Source: a bacterium | GTDB lineage: Bacteria; Patescibacteriota; Patescibacteriia; UBA10025 | NCBI GenBank assembly: GCA_021815445.1 | Contig: JAKAGM010000001.1 | Location: forward strand, 531,710-595,709 | DNA length: 64,000 nt | Reading direction: 5' to 3' | Part shown: piece by piece, positions 35,216-44,539 of the stretch | How the letters are laid out: every line of letters starts with the position of its first letter | Numbering within the stretch: position 1 is the first letter of the stretch | Position numbers and translations under genes: made by a program | Notes under the pieces: model-generated | Database searches by the model: none | What the model saw: the letters and a program-made list of their open reading frames with translations, nothing else | What the model was told of the DNA's origin: nothing

Positions 35216-37963
35216 TTAATCCTTTGTCCGGATCCTGAAGAACAAAAATTTCGTCAGTTCTATTGAAACGACAACTGCGCAAGCGATCAAGACTATGACA
35301 AGCCATTGGTTACTATTGAGCGGGACCGTGTGAAGGATTTTTTGCATAAAAGGCGTATAGACGGCGATTAATTGCATCAGCAGGCCGCCGCCGACGGTGT
35401 AGATTAGGGCCCTGTTGGCAAAAAGGCTCGTCCGCCAGACAGGAACGCGGAGAGAACGGATACTGAACACGTAAAAAAGCGAATTGACCGCCAAGCCGGT
35501 GAATGCCATTGTCCGGGCAAGGTCGATGTTTTGGGTCACTTTGAGCACGATGAAAAATAGAAGGAATGCCGAAACTCCCGTGACAACGCTGATCAGCGAA
35601 ATAATGGACCACATTCCGGATGTAATAATCGGTTCGCGGCGGGAGATGGGTTTTTCGGTCATCACATTGCTGTCTGACGGCTCAAGCGCCAAGGCAATAT
35701 AGGAAAAGCCGTGGGTGACGAGGTTAATCCATAAAATCTGGGAGGCGAGAATCGGCAGGGGAAATCCTTTGTATATCGTGACACCCAAAAAAAGTCCCAG
35801 CGTGATGGTAATCATCTCGTTGAAACTGTCCGACATGAGGAAGAGGATAACTTTCCTGATATTCTGGTAAATAATCCTCCCCTCCTCCACTGCGCGCACG
35901 ATTGTCGTGAAGCGATTGTCCAGGAGGACAATGTCCGCGGTTTCTTTCGCGACATCAGTCCCTGAACCGAGTGCGATGCCTATATCAGCGGCTTTGAGCG
36001 CCGGAGCGTCATTGACCCCGTCGCCTGTCATTGCGACGACTTCGCTTTGGCGCTGGAGCGCGCCGACGATGCGAAGTTTATCTGAGGGGTTTACTCGGGC
36101 ATATACCGAGATTTCTTTCACCCGCCTGTCCAGCTCATCCTGCGGTAATTTTTCCAGGCGGAATCCTTCTATGACATTCTCTTCCGATGCAGGGAGATGA
36201 AGTTCGCTCGCTATAGCCGTCGCCGTGAAACGATGGTCTCCCGTAATCATCACGGGCCGGATGCCGGCGCGAAGACACAGCTCGATGGTCTCGCGCGAAT
36301 CCGAACGCAAAGGATCCTTCATGGCCATAAAGCCGACTAGCGTCATTTTTGCCGTAAGATCGCTGTGCGCCTCAATATGCTCGAAATGCGAATCGACGCG
36401 CTTGTATCCGACTGCCAACAAACGAAGTCCTTCACGGGACAGTCCTTTGTATTCCCCTTCAAGCCGGGTGCGAACTGCAGGGGTCAGCGCCATTTCCTTT
36501 CCGTCTGCCTCTAGCGTCGTTGACGAGTCGAGCATAATCTCCGGAGCGCCTTTGATGAAAAGTATCCTTCCGTTATTCTCTTCTGTGTGCAATGTGACCA
36601 TGTACTTTCTTTGGGCGTCAAAAGGATACTCCTCGAGACGCGGATATTCACGGGCAAGCGCTCGTTGTTGAAGTCCGGCCTGGGAGGCCGCATAAACAAG
36701 CGCCTGCTCCGTCGGCGTGCCGCGAATGACCCGGTGTTCAAAGGCCGCTTCGGGGTTTTGGATCACCGCGTTGGAGCACAACATGCCTATCTTCAGCGCC
36801 AGGAAATAGCTCGGATTTCCACCCATGCCGCCGTCGGCATGTAGCGGCATCCCCTCCATCACCGTATGGCGGTCGTGGGTGATTACCTTCGTGACCCGCA
36901 TGACACCTTCAGTCAGCGTCCCGGTCTTGTCGGCGCAAATGACCGTCGTGGACCCCAGCGTTTCCGCTGCGACAAGCTTCCGCACGAGCGACCCCTGCTT
37001 GAGGATTCGCTGCATACCTATGGCGAGAATCACTGTCACAACGACGGCAAGTCCTTCGGGGATCGCCGCAACGGTAAGCGCGACTGCCGTAGTGAACATT
37101 TCCTCAAAACTGTACCCGAGCGCGATACCGATGAAAAAAATCACCAGGCTGATTCCGATAATCACCATGCCGAGAACCCGCCCAAAAGAGGTAAGTTTGT
37201 GCTGGAGAGGAGTCGGTTCATCATTTGTCGATTCGAGTAGGGTGGCAATTTTTCCGAGCTCTGTCGCCCTGCCGGTGGCGATGACCATCCCTTCTCCCGT
37301 GCCGCGAATGACCGTCGTACCGAAAAAGGCGCAATTTTTTCTCTCAGGGAGAGTGACAGCGCTGGGAAGAAGTTTATTCGTTTTTTCCACCTGTACCGAT
37401 TCACCGGTAAGCGTCGATTCATCGACTTTCAGGTCGGATATTTTTGTTAGGCGAATATCAGCTGGGACTTTGTACCCGGCACGGAGAATTACCATGTCGC
37501 CGACGACGATGTCCCGGGTGTCAATCTCCCGCTCATGCCCGTCCCGACGGACAACTGTGGTGAAGGTGGCAACCTTATGGAGATTTTCAAGCGCATGCTC
37601 GGCGCGGAATTCCTGGATAAACCCGATAATCACGTTGAGCGCTATAGCTGCGCAGATTACATAGCCATCGACAAAATCCTTTAGTAGGAAACTAACGGCC
37701 ATCGCCACCAGAAGGATGATGATGAGCGAACTTTGGAACTGCCGCAAAAAGATTTTGAGTGCCGAAAATCGCTTCTGCTGAGGAAGCAAATTCTCTCCAA
37801 AACGGCTCCTCCGGCGGACAATTTGTCCTTCCGTCAAACCCTTGGATGTCGCATGCAATTCCTCAAATGCTTTTTCTATTGAGAGGTTGTGCCATGCTGT
37901 AGCTGCCATATACTGCAGTATACCAGAGAATGTGCACTCGGATAAACAATAGCGACCCCGCAC
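35216..37963 (-). CDS. P-type ATPase, cation-transporting (type II, Ca2+/Mg2+-like)
   Basis: DKTGTLT phosphorylation site, MITGDH, VAMTGDGVNDAPAL; ten TM helices; real start probably at 37909 (MAATAWH). Confidence 0.9.
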   Translation of the reverse strand: MRGRYCLSECTFSGILQYMAATAWHNLSIEKAFEELHATSKGLTEGQIVRRRSRFGENLLPQQKRFSALKIFLRQFQSSLIIILLVAMAVSFLLKDFVDGYVICAAIALNVIIGFIQEFRAEHALENLHKVATFTTVVRRDGHEREIDTRDIVVGDMVILRAGYKVPADIRLTKISDLKVDESTLTGESVQVEKTNKLLPSAVTLPERKNCAFFGTTVIRGTGEGMVIATGRATELGKIATLLESTNDEPTPLQHKLTSFGRVLGMVIIGISLVIFFIGIALGYSFEEMFTTAVALTVAAIPEGLAVVVTVILAIGMQRILKQGSLVRKLVAAETLGSTTVICADKTGTLTEGVMRVTKVITHDRHTVMEGMPLHADGGMGGNPSYFLALKIGMLCSNAVIQNPEAAFEHRVIRGTPTEQALVYAASQAGLQQRALAREYPRLEEYPFDAQRKYMVTLHTEENNGRILFIKGAPEIMLDSSTTLEADGKEMALTPAVRTRLEGEYKGLSREGLRLLAVGYKRVDSHFEHIEAHSDLTAKMTLVGFMAMKDPLRSDSRETIELCLRAGIRPVMITGDHRFTATAIASELHLPASEENVIEGFRLEKLPQDELDRRVKEISVYARVNPSDKLRIVGALQRQSEVVAMTGDGVNDAPALKAADIGIALGSGTDVAKETADIVLLDNRFTTIVRAVEEGRIIYQNIRKVILFLMSDSFNEMITITLGLFLGVTIYKGFPLPILASQILWINLVTHGFSYIALALEPSDSNVMTEKPISRREPIITSGMWSIISLISVVTGVSAFLLFFIVLKVTQNIDLARTMAFTGLAVNSLFYVFSIRSLRVPVWRTSLFANRALIYTVGGGLLMQLIAVYTPFMQKILHTVPLNSNQWLVIVLIACAVVVSIELTKFLFFRIRTKD

Positions 37964-38006
37964 AGAGCGGGGCCGCTATAGGAAAGTATAGTGAATATAC
38001 TACCGG

Positions 38007-38375
38007 CTAGGTGGTGACGTTTGTAGCAGTGCCCACGACAAAGATAACAATAGCCCATGCAAGCAGAACAACGACAAGACCAATGAGCGCTGAAGTAATA
38101 ATTTTCTTTGCGGTGGAAACACGCTCTTCGTTGCCTCCTGCAGTCATCCACATGAAACCGCCGTACAGCATGAAGATGACGGCAATCAGTCCGAGAAGCC
38201 CGAGGATCCACTGGATAATTTTGATTACGGTTGATTTCAGATCCGCAGTGCCGAGGCCAAACGTGCTCCCGAGATTGGTATCAATGAGACCGTTCCCGAG
38301 TGCGTGAGTCATAAGAGGTATTGTCAGGACTGTAACAGCCAAGAGGAGCCCGAACACGTACCTTTGTTTTTTCAT
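38007..38375 (-). CDS. TrbC/VirB2-like pilin family small membrane protein
   Basis: Signal peptide, then two hydrophobic helices separated by short charged loop (GGNEER) as in VirB2/TrbC. Confidence 0.45.
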   Translation of the reverse strand: MKKQRYVFGLLLAVTVLTIPLMTHALGNGLIDTNLGSTFGLGTADLKSTVIKIIQWILGLLGLIAVIFMLYGGFMWMTAGGNEERVSTAKKIITSALIGLVVVLLAWAIVIFVVGTATNVTT

Positions 38376-38718
38376 AGTGATATTTAGGTCAGAAATTGGA
38401 TATGTTGCGTAAAAAGGGATCGACCTTTTCTCTGTCTCTAGTATAATCTTTTGAGCCGATATGTCAATATCCTCCGCTGCAGCGGAAAAGACTCATTCCG
38501 CGTGTTCAGAAACTATCGTGACGGCTAGAATTTCTTTCTCGTATACAAATAAATCCCCCCTAAAAAAATGAGGAGAAGCAGTAGGACGAATATTTGGCCG
38601 CCGCCGAGATTCATACTTGACTGTGTTTATAATAGTCGTAACAACATCCAGTGTACCAGAATTTTGCCCTCCAGCACAATACCCAAAAAACCCTTGAGGG
38701 GCTTGTGGATCTTTGATC

Positions 38719-38790
38719 CTTTACAATTTGCGTCCAGGAGGGCTCGAACCTCCAACCTTAGGCTTAAAAGGCCTCTGCTCTACCATTGAG
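38719..38790 (-). tRNA. tRNA-Lys (anticodon TTT)
   Basis: Cloverleaf folded by hand: acceptor GCGTCCA/TGGACGC, D-arm GCTCAATGGTAGAGC, anticodon loop CTTTTAA, T-arm GGAGGTTCGAGCCCTCC; CCA not encoded; 10 bp of extra flank complementarity. Confidence 0.8.
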
Positions 38791-38886
38791 CTATGGACGC
38801 AAATTGTAAACGATCAGGTAAAAAATATCTTAACCTTAGGTCCCGGCCCCGCTTCCTGCGGGGCCGCGGATCCTCGATCCCGTCGC

Positions 38887-38924
38887 GGGGTCGGGACTTA
38901 AAAGGCCTCTGCTCTACCATTGAG
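38887..38924 (-). pseudogene. Truncated tRNA-Lys(TTT) 5' half, identical to positions 1-38 of the intact gene, then a 56 nt GC-rich insert and a 9 nt continuation
   Basis: Exact 38 nt match up to anticodon loop; downstream T-arm and acceptor 3' strand absent. Confidence 0.55.
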
Positions 38925-38991
38925 CTATGGACGCACAGTAATAGTTTGAATTGTAATTTACCGGCGAACAAACGCAAGGCGATGCGGGCGG

Positions 38992-39018
38992 GTAAGAGGC
39001 CTCTGCTCTACCATTGAG
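38992..39018 (-). pseudogene. Second truncated tRNA-like 5' fragment (acceptor GGGTCGT, identical D-arm, loop would give anticodon CTT)
   Basis: 25 nt identical to tRNA-Lys D-arm region; no T-arm or 3' acceptor strand found. Confidence 0.4.
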
Positions 39019-39083
39019 CTAACGACCCGGAAAATAATTGTACTAACCTGTCAATGAAGTTGCTTACGGACAAACACATCGCG

Positions 39084-39647
39084 CTAATTACCCCTTTGTC
39101 GCGTTGTTCGTTGAGCTTCGCGATCGCGAAGTTTGAGGAATACCTGGCGGGTGGTCTGAACGTCTGCCAACGCTCGGTGGGCCTCAGGCTGAGGAACTTT
39201 GAGATACCGTGCGACATTTTCTAATGTGTACCGGGGGAGAAGCAAATGACGGCGGGCAAGTTCGAGCGTATCTATGGTAGGATGGGCCAGCGGCGCCCGT
39301 GAAAGACGCACAAGATGAGAATTCAGGAACGAAAGGTCAAAGGAGATATTGTGCCCTACTAGGACGGCATTATCAATGAACATGACAAAATCGTCAATGA
39401 TGTCGTCCATATTCTTTCCCTCCCTTTCCAGAAGTTCCTGCGATATACCGTGCACCGCCTCGGCTTCGGCAGATGACGGGCGGCTGGGGCGGACAAGCGA
39501 GTGAAAGGTGGAAATAACTTCATCTTCCCGCATGCGCTCAGCGGCAATTTCAATGATTTCATCTCCGTTTTGGGGATTGAACCCTGTCGTCTCGACGTCG
39601 ACGATGACATAGTGTTGCAGGTCTTTTTTTTCCTTGCGGGAAGTCAT
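39084..39647 (-). CDS. DnaQ-like 3'-5' exonuclease (DNA polymerase III epsilon-like)
   Basis: Exo I VDVETTG, Exo II HNISFDLSFL, Exo III HRALADV. Confidence 0.8.
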   Translation of the reverse strand: MTSRKEKKDLQHYVIVDVETTGFNPQNGDEIIEIAAERMREDEVISTFHSLVRPSRPSSAEAEAVHGISQELLEREGKNMDDIIDDFVMFIDNAVLVGHNISFDLSFLNSHLVRLSRAPLAHPTIDTLELARRHLLLPRYTLENVARYLKVPQPEAHRALADVQTTRQVFLKLRDREAQRTTRQRGN

Positions 39648-39752
39648 AGTAGTCGAATTGTAGCAAAATACGGCGGAAAGGCAAGAGAGTGGATAATGTG
39701 TGAACAGAACGTCGTGGCACTGCCTTGATAGTCATTCGACAGTCATGGTACG

Positions 39753-41144
39753 ATGACGGGCACATTGGAACCATCTATGCCTGACGAAATTATCGGCAAA
39801 CTTCCACCGCAAAACCTGGAGGCAGAACAGTCAGTTCTGGGGTCTTTGCTTATTGACCGCGATGCGATTATCCGGATCTCCGACTTCCTCACTGAGGACG
39901 ACTTTTACGCTGACAAACACAGGATTATCTTCTCGGCGATGATTGACTTGTACCGGCAGCATGAGCCGATAGACTTACTCTCACTCTCCAATAGACTCAG
40001 TGAACTTAAGAAGCTCGATGAGATCGGCGGCAGAAGCTATTTGACCACGCTGACGACCGTCGTCCCGACTTCCTCGCACATCGTATCATACGCCCAGATC
40101 GTCCAGCGCAAATCGACGCTCCGCCGCCTGATTCAGACAGCCGCCGACATCACGAAGCTCGGATATCAAGAAGACGCTAATATCGAGAACACGCTCGACC
40201 AAGCGGAACAAAAATTATTCGGTGTTTCCCAGAAATACATCAAGAGAAATTTTGTCGCCCTTCGCGACGTGCTCTCTGATGCTTTTGAGCGCATTGACGA
40301 GGTGCACAGGGAGTCTGGAAAACTCCGCGGCGTGCCGACGGGATTTCACGACCTGGACAACCTCCTCGCCGGCCTTCAGAAATCTGATTTGATCATCCTT
40401 GCCGCGCGCCCGTCAGTGGGAAAAACATCGCTGGCTCTGGATATCATGCGCAACGTTGCAACGACGGCTAAAGTGCCAGTCGGCCTCTTCAGTCTTGAAA
40501 TGTCAAAGGAGCAGATGGTTGACCGTCTCCTCTGCGCGACGGCAAACGTCGATTTGTGGAAGATGCGGACGGGCCATCTCTCGGACGAGGAAGATTTCAA
40601 AAATATCGGCCACGCCATGGGCGTGCTCTCTGAATCTCCGATATATATCGACGACTCTGCGTCATCAAACGTCATGGAGATCCGCACAAAAGCCCGACGC
40701 CTGCAGGCGGAGCACGGAGTCGGCCTCCTGATCGTTGATTACCTCCAACTGATGCAGGGCAGGGAGCAATATACCGAGAACCGCGTGCAGGAGATTTCGG
40801 AAATTACCCGCGAGTTGAAAGGCATTGCCCGCGAGTTGAATATCCCCGTCCTAGCGCTTTCCCAGCTCTCCCGCGCCGTCGAGGCCCAGAATCCCCCAAT
40901 TCCGCGCCTGGCGCATCTCCGGGAGTCTGGATCCATAGAACAGGACGCTGATATCGTAATGTTCATCTACCGCGAGGCGGTGTACAAACGGGACATTGCC
41001 CCTGAACGGAAAAATATCGCCGAAATCCACATAGCGAAACATCGTAACGGGCCGACAGGCGTCATCCAGCTCCATTTCAATGAAGCGCGGGCGAGTTTCA
41101 GTAACCTTGAGACTAAGTTTCAGGCCCCGCAACAGCCGTTTTAA
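39753..41144 (+). CDS. dnaB: Replicative DNA helicase DnaB
   Basis: N-terminal DnaB domain, Walker A ARPSVGKTS, RecA-like C-domain. Confidence 0.9.
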   Translation: MTGTLEPSMPDEIIGKLPPQNLEAEQSVLGSLLIDRDAIIRISDFLTEDDFYADKHRIIFSAMIDLYRQHEPIDLLSLSNRLSELKKLDEIGGRSYLTTLTTVVPTSSHIVSYAQIVQRKSTLRRLIQTAADITKLGYQEDANIENTLDQAEQKLFGVSQKYIKRNFVALRDVLSDAFERIDEVHRESGKLRGVPTGFHDLDNLLAGLQKSDLIILAARPSVGKTSLALDIMRNVATTAKVPVGLFSLEMSKEQMVDRLLCATANVDLWKMRTGHLSDEEDFKNIGHAMGVLSESPIYIDDSASSNVMEIRTKARRLQAEHGVGLLIVDYLQLMQGREQYTENRVQEISEITRELKGIARELNIPVLALSQLSRAVEAQNPPIPRLAHLRESGSIEQDADIVMFIYREAVYKRDIAPERKNIAEIHIAKHRNGPTGVIQLHFNEARASFSNLETKFQAPQQPF

Positions 41145-41152
41145 AAAAATCT

Positions 41153-41443
41153 ATGTTTGATAAAATGAAACAGCTTAATGATTTACGGGTTCAGGCTCAC
41201 CGGCTCAAGGATTCCCTTGGCCAAAAGAGAATCACGGGCACGGCGCTCGACGGCCGCGTCGAAATAGTAATGAACGGCAATCACGAAGTCTTGTCGACGA
41301 CTATCGACCAGGGGCTTCTCACTCCGGAGAGCAAGACAAAGCTTGAAGAGGCCCTCTCCGAAGCGACAAACCACGCCTTGCAAGAAATACAGCAGGTAAT
41401 AGCCCAGACGATGAGAGAGTTCGGCGGATTTCCCGGGTTATAA
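41153..41443 (+). CDS. ybaB: Nucleoid-associated protein YbaB/EbfC
   Basis: 96 aa, YbaB family pattern. Confidence 0.8.
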   Translation: MFDKMKQLNDLRVQAHRLKDSLGQKRITGTALDGRVEIVMNGNHEVLSTTIDQGLLTPESKTKLEEALSEATNHALQEIQQVIAQTMREFGGFPGL

Positions 41444-41445
41444 TC

Positions 41446-42051
41446 ATGCCAAAATACCCAAAACCGATCCAAGAACTCGTCGACAGTTTCAGGACACTGC
41501 CGGGCGTCGGGGCGAAATCCGCCGAACGTTTTGTATTTCGCCTGCTCCAGCTCCCTGCAGATAAACGGTCTGCATTTGCTAAGCGCATTATGGAGCTGAC
41601 GGATGTCATTAAACAATGCACTGAGTGCGGGCGATTTGACGTCCAGACCCCGTGCTCAATCTGCGGCAATGGAAAACGGGACCACACAACCATCTGCGTC
41701 GTAGCGGAGCCCCAGGACGTTGAAGCAATTGAAAAAACGGGAGAATTCAGCGGTGTTTACCACTTGCTCGGCGGTACGTTGAACCCGCTTGAAGGGATAG
41801 GCCCCGACAAACTTGCAATTGAAAAGCTCGTGGCCAGAATAAAAAAGCAATCTCCGCGGGTACAAGAGGTGATTATCGCCACTAACCCCGACCTTGAGGG
41901 CGAATCTACGGCGCTCTACCTTACACGTGCTCTCAAACCTCTGAAGGTCAAGGTGACCAGGCCAGCCAAAGGCCTGCCGATGGGATCAAGCATAGAGTAC
42001 GCCGACGAGCTGACGCTATCCAGCGCCCTAAAAGAGCGCAAAGAGATGTAA
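41446..42051 (+). CDS. recR: Recombination protein RecR
   Basis: HhH motif LPGVGAKSAER, C4 zinc finger, Toprim domain. Confidence 0.9.
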   Translation: MPKYPKPIQELVDSFRTLPGVGAKSAERFVFRLLQLPADKRSAFAKRIMELTDVIKQCTECGRFDVQTPCSICGNGKRDHTTICVVAEPQDVEAIEKTGEFSGVYHLLGGTLNPLEGIGPDKLAIEKLVARIKKQSPRVQEVIIATNPDLEGESTALYLTRALKPLKVKVTRPAKGLPMGSSIEYADELTLSSALKERKEM

Positions 42052-42071
42052 TATTTGCTCAGAAATGAACC

Positions 42072-42103
42072 AAAAAGCGATGGATTTATTCCATCGCTTT
42101 TTT
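42072..42103. terminator. Bidirectional rho-independent terminator between recR and rplU (A-run, AAGCGATGG...CCATCGCTT stem, T-run)
   Basis: Perfect 9 bp stem flanked by A5 and T6. Confidence 0.55.
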
Positions 42104-42107
42104 GAAA

Positions 42108-42416
42108 TTATGCTGTAGGGATTTTTGTGATGCGGACTCTCGTGAGGTACTGCCGATGTCCCTTATGCCTTTTATAACGAACCTTGGATTTGAACTTAAC
42201 TATGCTGACTTTCTTATCCCGATAATGGTCGACGACCTCGCCGGCAACTTTTACCCCGAGTTCCGGCGTGCCGACCGCCGCCTTATCACCGTCAGCGATA
42301 AGGAGCACATGGGAAAAAGACACGGCCTTGGTCTTTTCCGGCAGCCGTTCGAAAGAGACGACATCGCCTTCTTTGACTTTATACTGTTTTCCGGATGTAG
42401 CAATAATGGCAAACTT
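42108..42416 (-). CDS. rplU: 50S ribosomal protein L21
   Basis: MKFAIIATSGKQYKV start; track ORF extended 9 codons upstream. Confidence 0.85.
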   Translation of the reverse strand, partial: KFAIIATSGKQYKVKEGDVVSFERLPEKTKAVSFSHVLLIADGDKAAVGTPELGVKVAGEVVDHYRDKKVSIVKFKSKVRYKRHKGHRQYLTRVRITKIPTA

Positions 42417-42517
42417 CATATATTTGTAGACTGATGGTAGCAAGCCGCATCCCGGCTGTCAAGCATTGTCTTGAGAGCCCCGGGACATTACTGATAGCGC
42501 GAATGCTCAGGCGCCGC

Positions 42518-43015
42518 CTACTTTGTGCCCGCAAGATCAATAATAATCTCGTCACCCACCTCGAGACCGACTGATTTGCTAAAACCAGACCGTGTTTCTA
42601 AAACATAATCACTCATCTCGGCTGGCGTATACACGGCGGGCTCTTCCCCCGCTTTGGGGGCAGGAGCGTTGGCTTGGATTCGAACAACCTTATTATTATC
42701 GATCCAAATAATATCAATTGGGAAATTCATGCCGCGCATGGTGAAAGGGTATATTCCTTCTTTGCCAAAACTGAAAAGCATGCCATGCCCGATAGGAAGC
42801 GACTCTCTGCCTGACAAACCGTGTTCCATGGCTGAGGCAGTCTTGACTACCTCAGCGTTAATGATCTGGCCGTGAATGTTAACTTTTGCGGTCTCATGAA
42901 TGACATCTTTCACATAATACGGTATCTCATCCTTGACCTGGCTCCCGCCGAAATACCAGAACATCACCCCGAAAAAGAGGGCGAAAAAGAGAAAGACAAA
43001 CATGCTTCTATTCAT
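42518..43015 (-). CDS. DUF192 domain protein with signal/anchor
   Basis: DUF192 core (MLFSFGKEG ... GMNFPIDIIWID). Confidence 0.7.
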   Translation of the reverse strand: MNRSMFVFLFFALFFGVMFWYFGGSQVKDEIPYYVKDVIHETAKVNIHGQIINAEVVKTASAMEHGLSGRESLPIGHGMLFSFGKEGIYPFTMRGMNFPIDIIWIDNNKVVRIQANAPAPKAGEEPAVYTPAEMSDYVLETRSGFSKSVGLEVGDEIIIDLAGTK

Positions 43016-43072
43016 AGGTCTTGATAATAACGACGAGTGCTTTTATAGTACCACTTCGCGAAAGGAAACAAA

Positions 43073-43237
43073 ATGCCAAATCGCACACTTCGCAGAGGGG
43101 GATCAGTGAGACAGAAGAAAAAGGGCCGTGAAAATCCCTTTAACGCCTATGATGCGGCGCTTGAAACTGCCACCAAAGGCCTGCGCCGGAGACACCAAGA
43201 GGATCTGCTTGAGCAGCTCGCTAACGTTGGGATATGA
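43073..43237 (+). CDS. Small basic hypothetical protein (54 aa), first of a translationally coupled pair
   Basis: AGGAAA RBS; stop overlaps next ATG (ATGA); under 60 aa so absent from ORF track. Confidence 0.35.
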   Translation: MPNRTLRRGGSVRQKKKGRENPFNAYDAALETATKGLRRRHQEDLLEQLANVGI

Positions 43238-43395
43238 ATCCGACATTGGCAGAGTTCGATGCACTGATGAGTGAAATCCGCGAAGAGCGGATCAATCGTC
43301 GCCTGGTCAGAAAGGCATTCAATACAGCGAGAGGGGAATACAACAAAGCGCATCCGGGGAAAAAGTTCCTCTTCACGATTGACGAAGCGGAATAG
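43234..43395 (+). CDS. Small hypothetical protein (53 aa), second of coupled pair
   Basis: ATGA overlap with upstream ORF; followed by terminator. Confidence 0.35.
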   Translation: MNPTLAEFDALMSEIREERINRRLVRKAFNTARGEYNKAHPGKKFLFTIDEAE

Positions 43396-43417
43396 CCAGA
43401 AGTTTTAATCTCGCTGG

Positions 43418-43450
43418 TGGGGACACTCACGTTGTGTCCCTTCTTTTCTT
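43418..43450 (+). terminator. Rho-independent terminator (GGGACAC...GTGTCCC then TTCTTTTCTT)
   Basis: 7 bp stem and T-rich tract; overlaps 3' end of convergent minus-strand gene. Confidence 0.5.
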
Positions 43451-44539
43451 GTACGCGAGAACAAGGACGCCGCCCAATATCAGCATGAGCCCGAACAGGG
43501 CCAGCAAAGAAATAAACTTTTCCCTTCCGTGAAAAAAGAGTCCCGCGACCCCGAAAGCTCCCGTAACCAGGTAGAGAAAAAGCACGGCCTGCCGGTGTGA
43601 CAACCCCGCGTCAAGCAAGCGGAAGTGGAGGTGCTGGCGGTCAGATTGAATGACTGACTTCCGTTGAAACAGCCGCCGGATGATTACCCAGCCCACGTCG
43701 AGGATAGGGATACCAAAAATAAGCAATGCTGTCGCTACCTTGGCTCCTGACATAATAGCGAGCGTCCCGAAGATAAACCCGGTCCACAGACTTCCGCCTT
43801 CTCCGAGGAATACTTTAGCCGGATGGAAATTGAAGAAGAGGAATCCCAGGGCGGCCCCGGCGAGAATCGCCGTCAGAAGGGCGGTCTCCGGCTGGGCAAC
43901 CTCGCGCCCAAGGCTCAGGAAAAAGAGCACGATAGAACCGATGGCAGTGACCCCGGACACAAGCCCGTCGAGCCCGTCGAGAAACTTCGTGGTATACATC
44001 ATACCCATCAGCCAGACGAACGTGAAGAGATCCGCAAAGATAACCAGGTGGTACGGCAGCCCGTTGAGAGAAAAAAGCGTGATACTCAATTGCTCGAGGC
44101 GGATTGTGCCGCCAAACGGGTTCTGGATATACGTGACCCCTATGCCTGACGCGATAATTGTGAATGCTGCGAGCGCAGGCCAGATGATTTGTTTCTTAGC
44201 GGAGAGGTGGAAACGGTCGTCAAGAACCCCGCCAATCATGATAAAAAGGCCGCCGATGGTGATCCCGATAAGATACTTTGGCAGGACATATCCGCCGAGA
44301 ATACGGTGACTGAAGAAAGTGTATGCCGCAAGGATAATTGAAAAGCTGAGAAAAACGGCTACTCCGCCAAGCAGCGGAACGGGTGTCGTGTGTATCCTCC
44401 GGCCGCTGTCGACAGAGGGATAATCCATGATTTTTGCCCGTCTGGCGAGGGCGCGGACGGCCACGGTAAGAAAAACCGACAACACAAGCGCCGAAAGAAA
44501 CGGGACTATATACGAACTTATTGACAGAGAAGCGTTCAT
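43427..44539 (-). CDS. Glycosyltransferase family 4 (MraY/WecA-type polyprenyl-phosphate sugar-1-phosphate transferase)
   Basis: 10-11 TM helices; DDxxD-like LDDRFHLS and other MraY/WecA family motifs. Confidence 0.75.
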   Translation of the reverse strand: MNASLSISSYIVPFLSALVLSVFLTVAVRALARRAKIMDYPSVDSGRRIHTTPVPLLGGVAVFLSFSIILAAYTFFSHRILGGYVLPKYLIGITIGGLFIMIGGVLDDRFHLSAKKQIIWPALAAFTIIASGIGVTYIQNPFGGTIRLEQLSITLFSLNGLPYHLVIFADLFTFVWLMGMMYTTKFLDGLDGLVSGVTAIGSIVLFFLSLGREVAQPETALLTAILAGAALGFLFFNFHPAKVFLGEGGSLWTGFIFGTLAIMSGAKVATALLIFGIPILDVGWVIIRRLFQRKSVIQSDRQHLHFRLLDAGLSHRQAVLFLYLVTGAFGVAGLFFHGREKFISLLALFGLMLILGGVLVLAYKKRRDTT

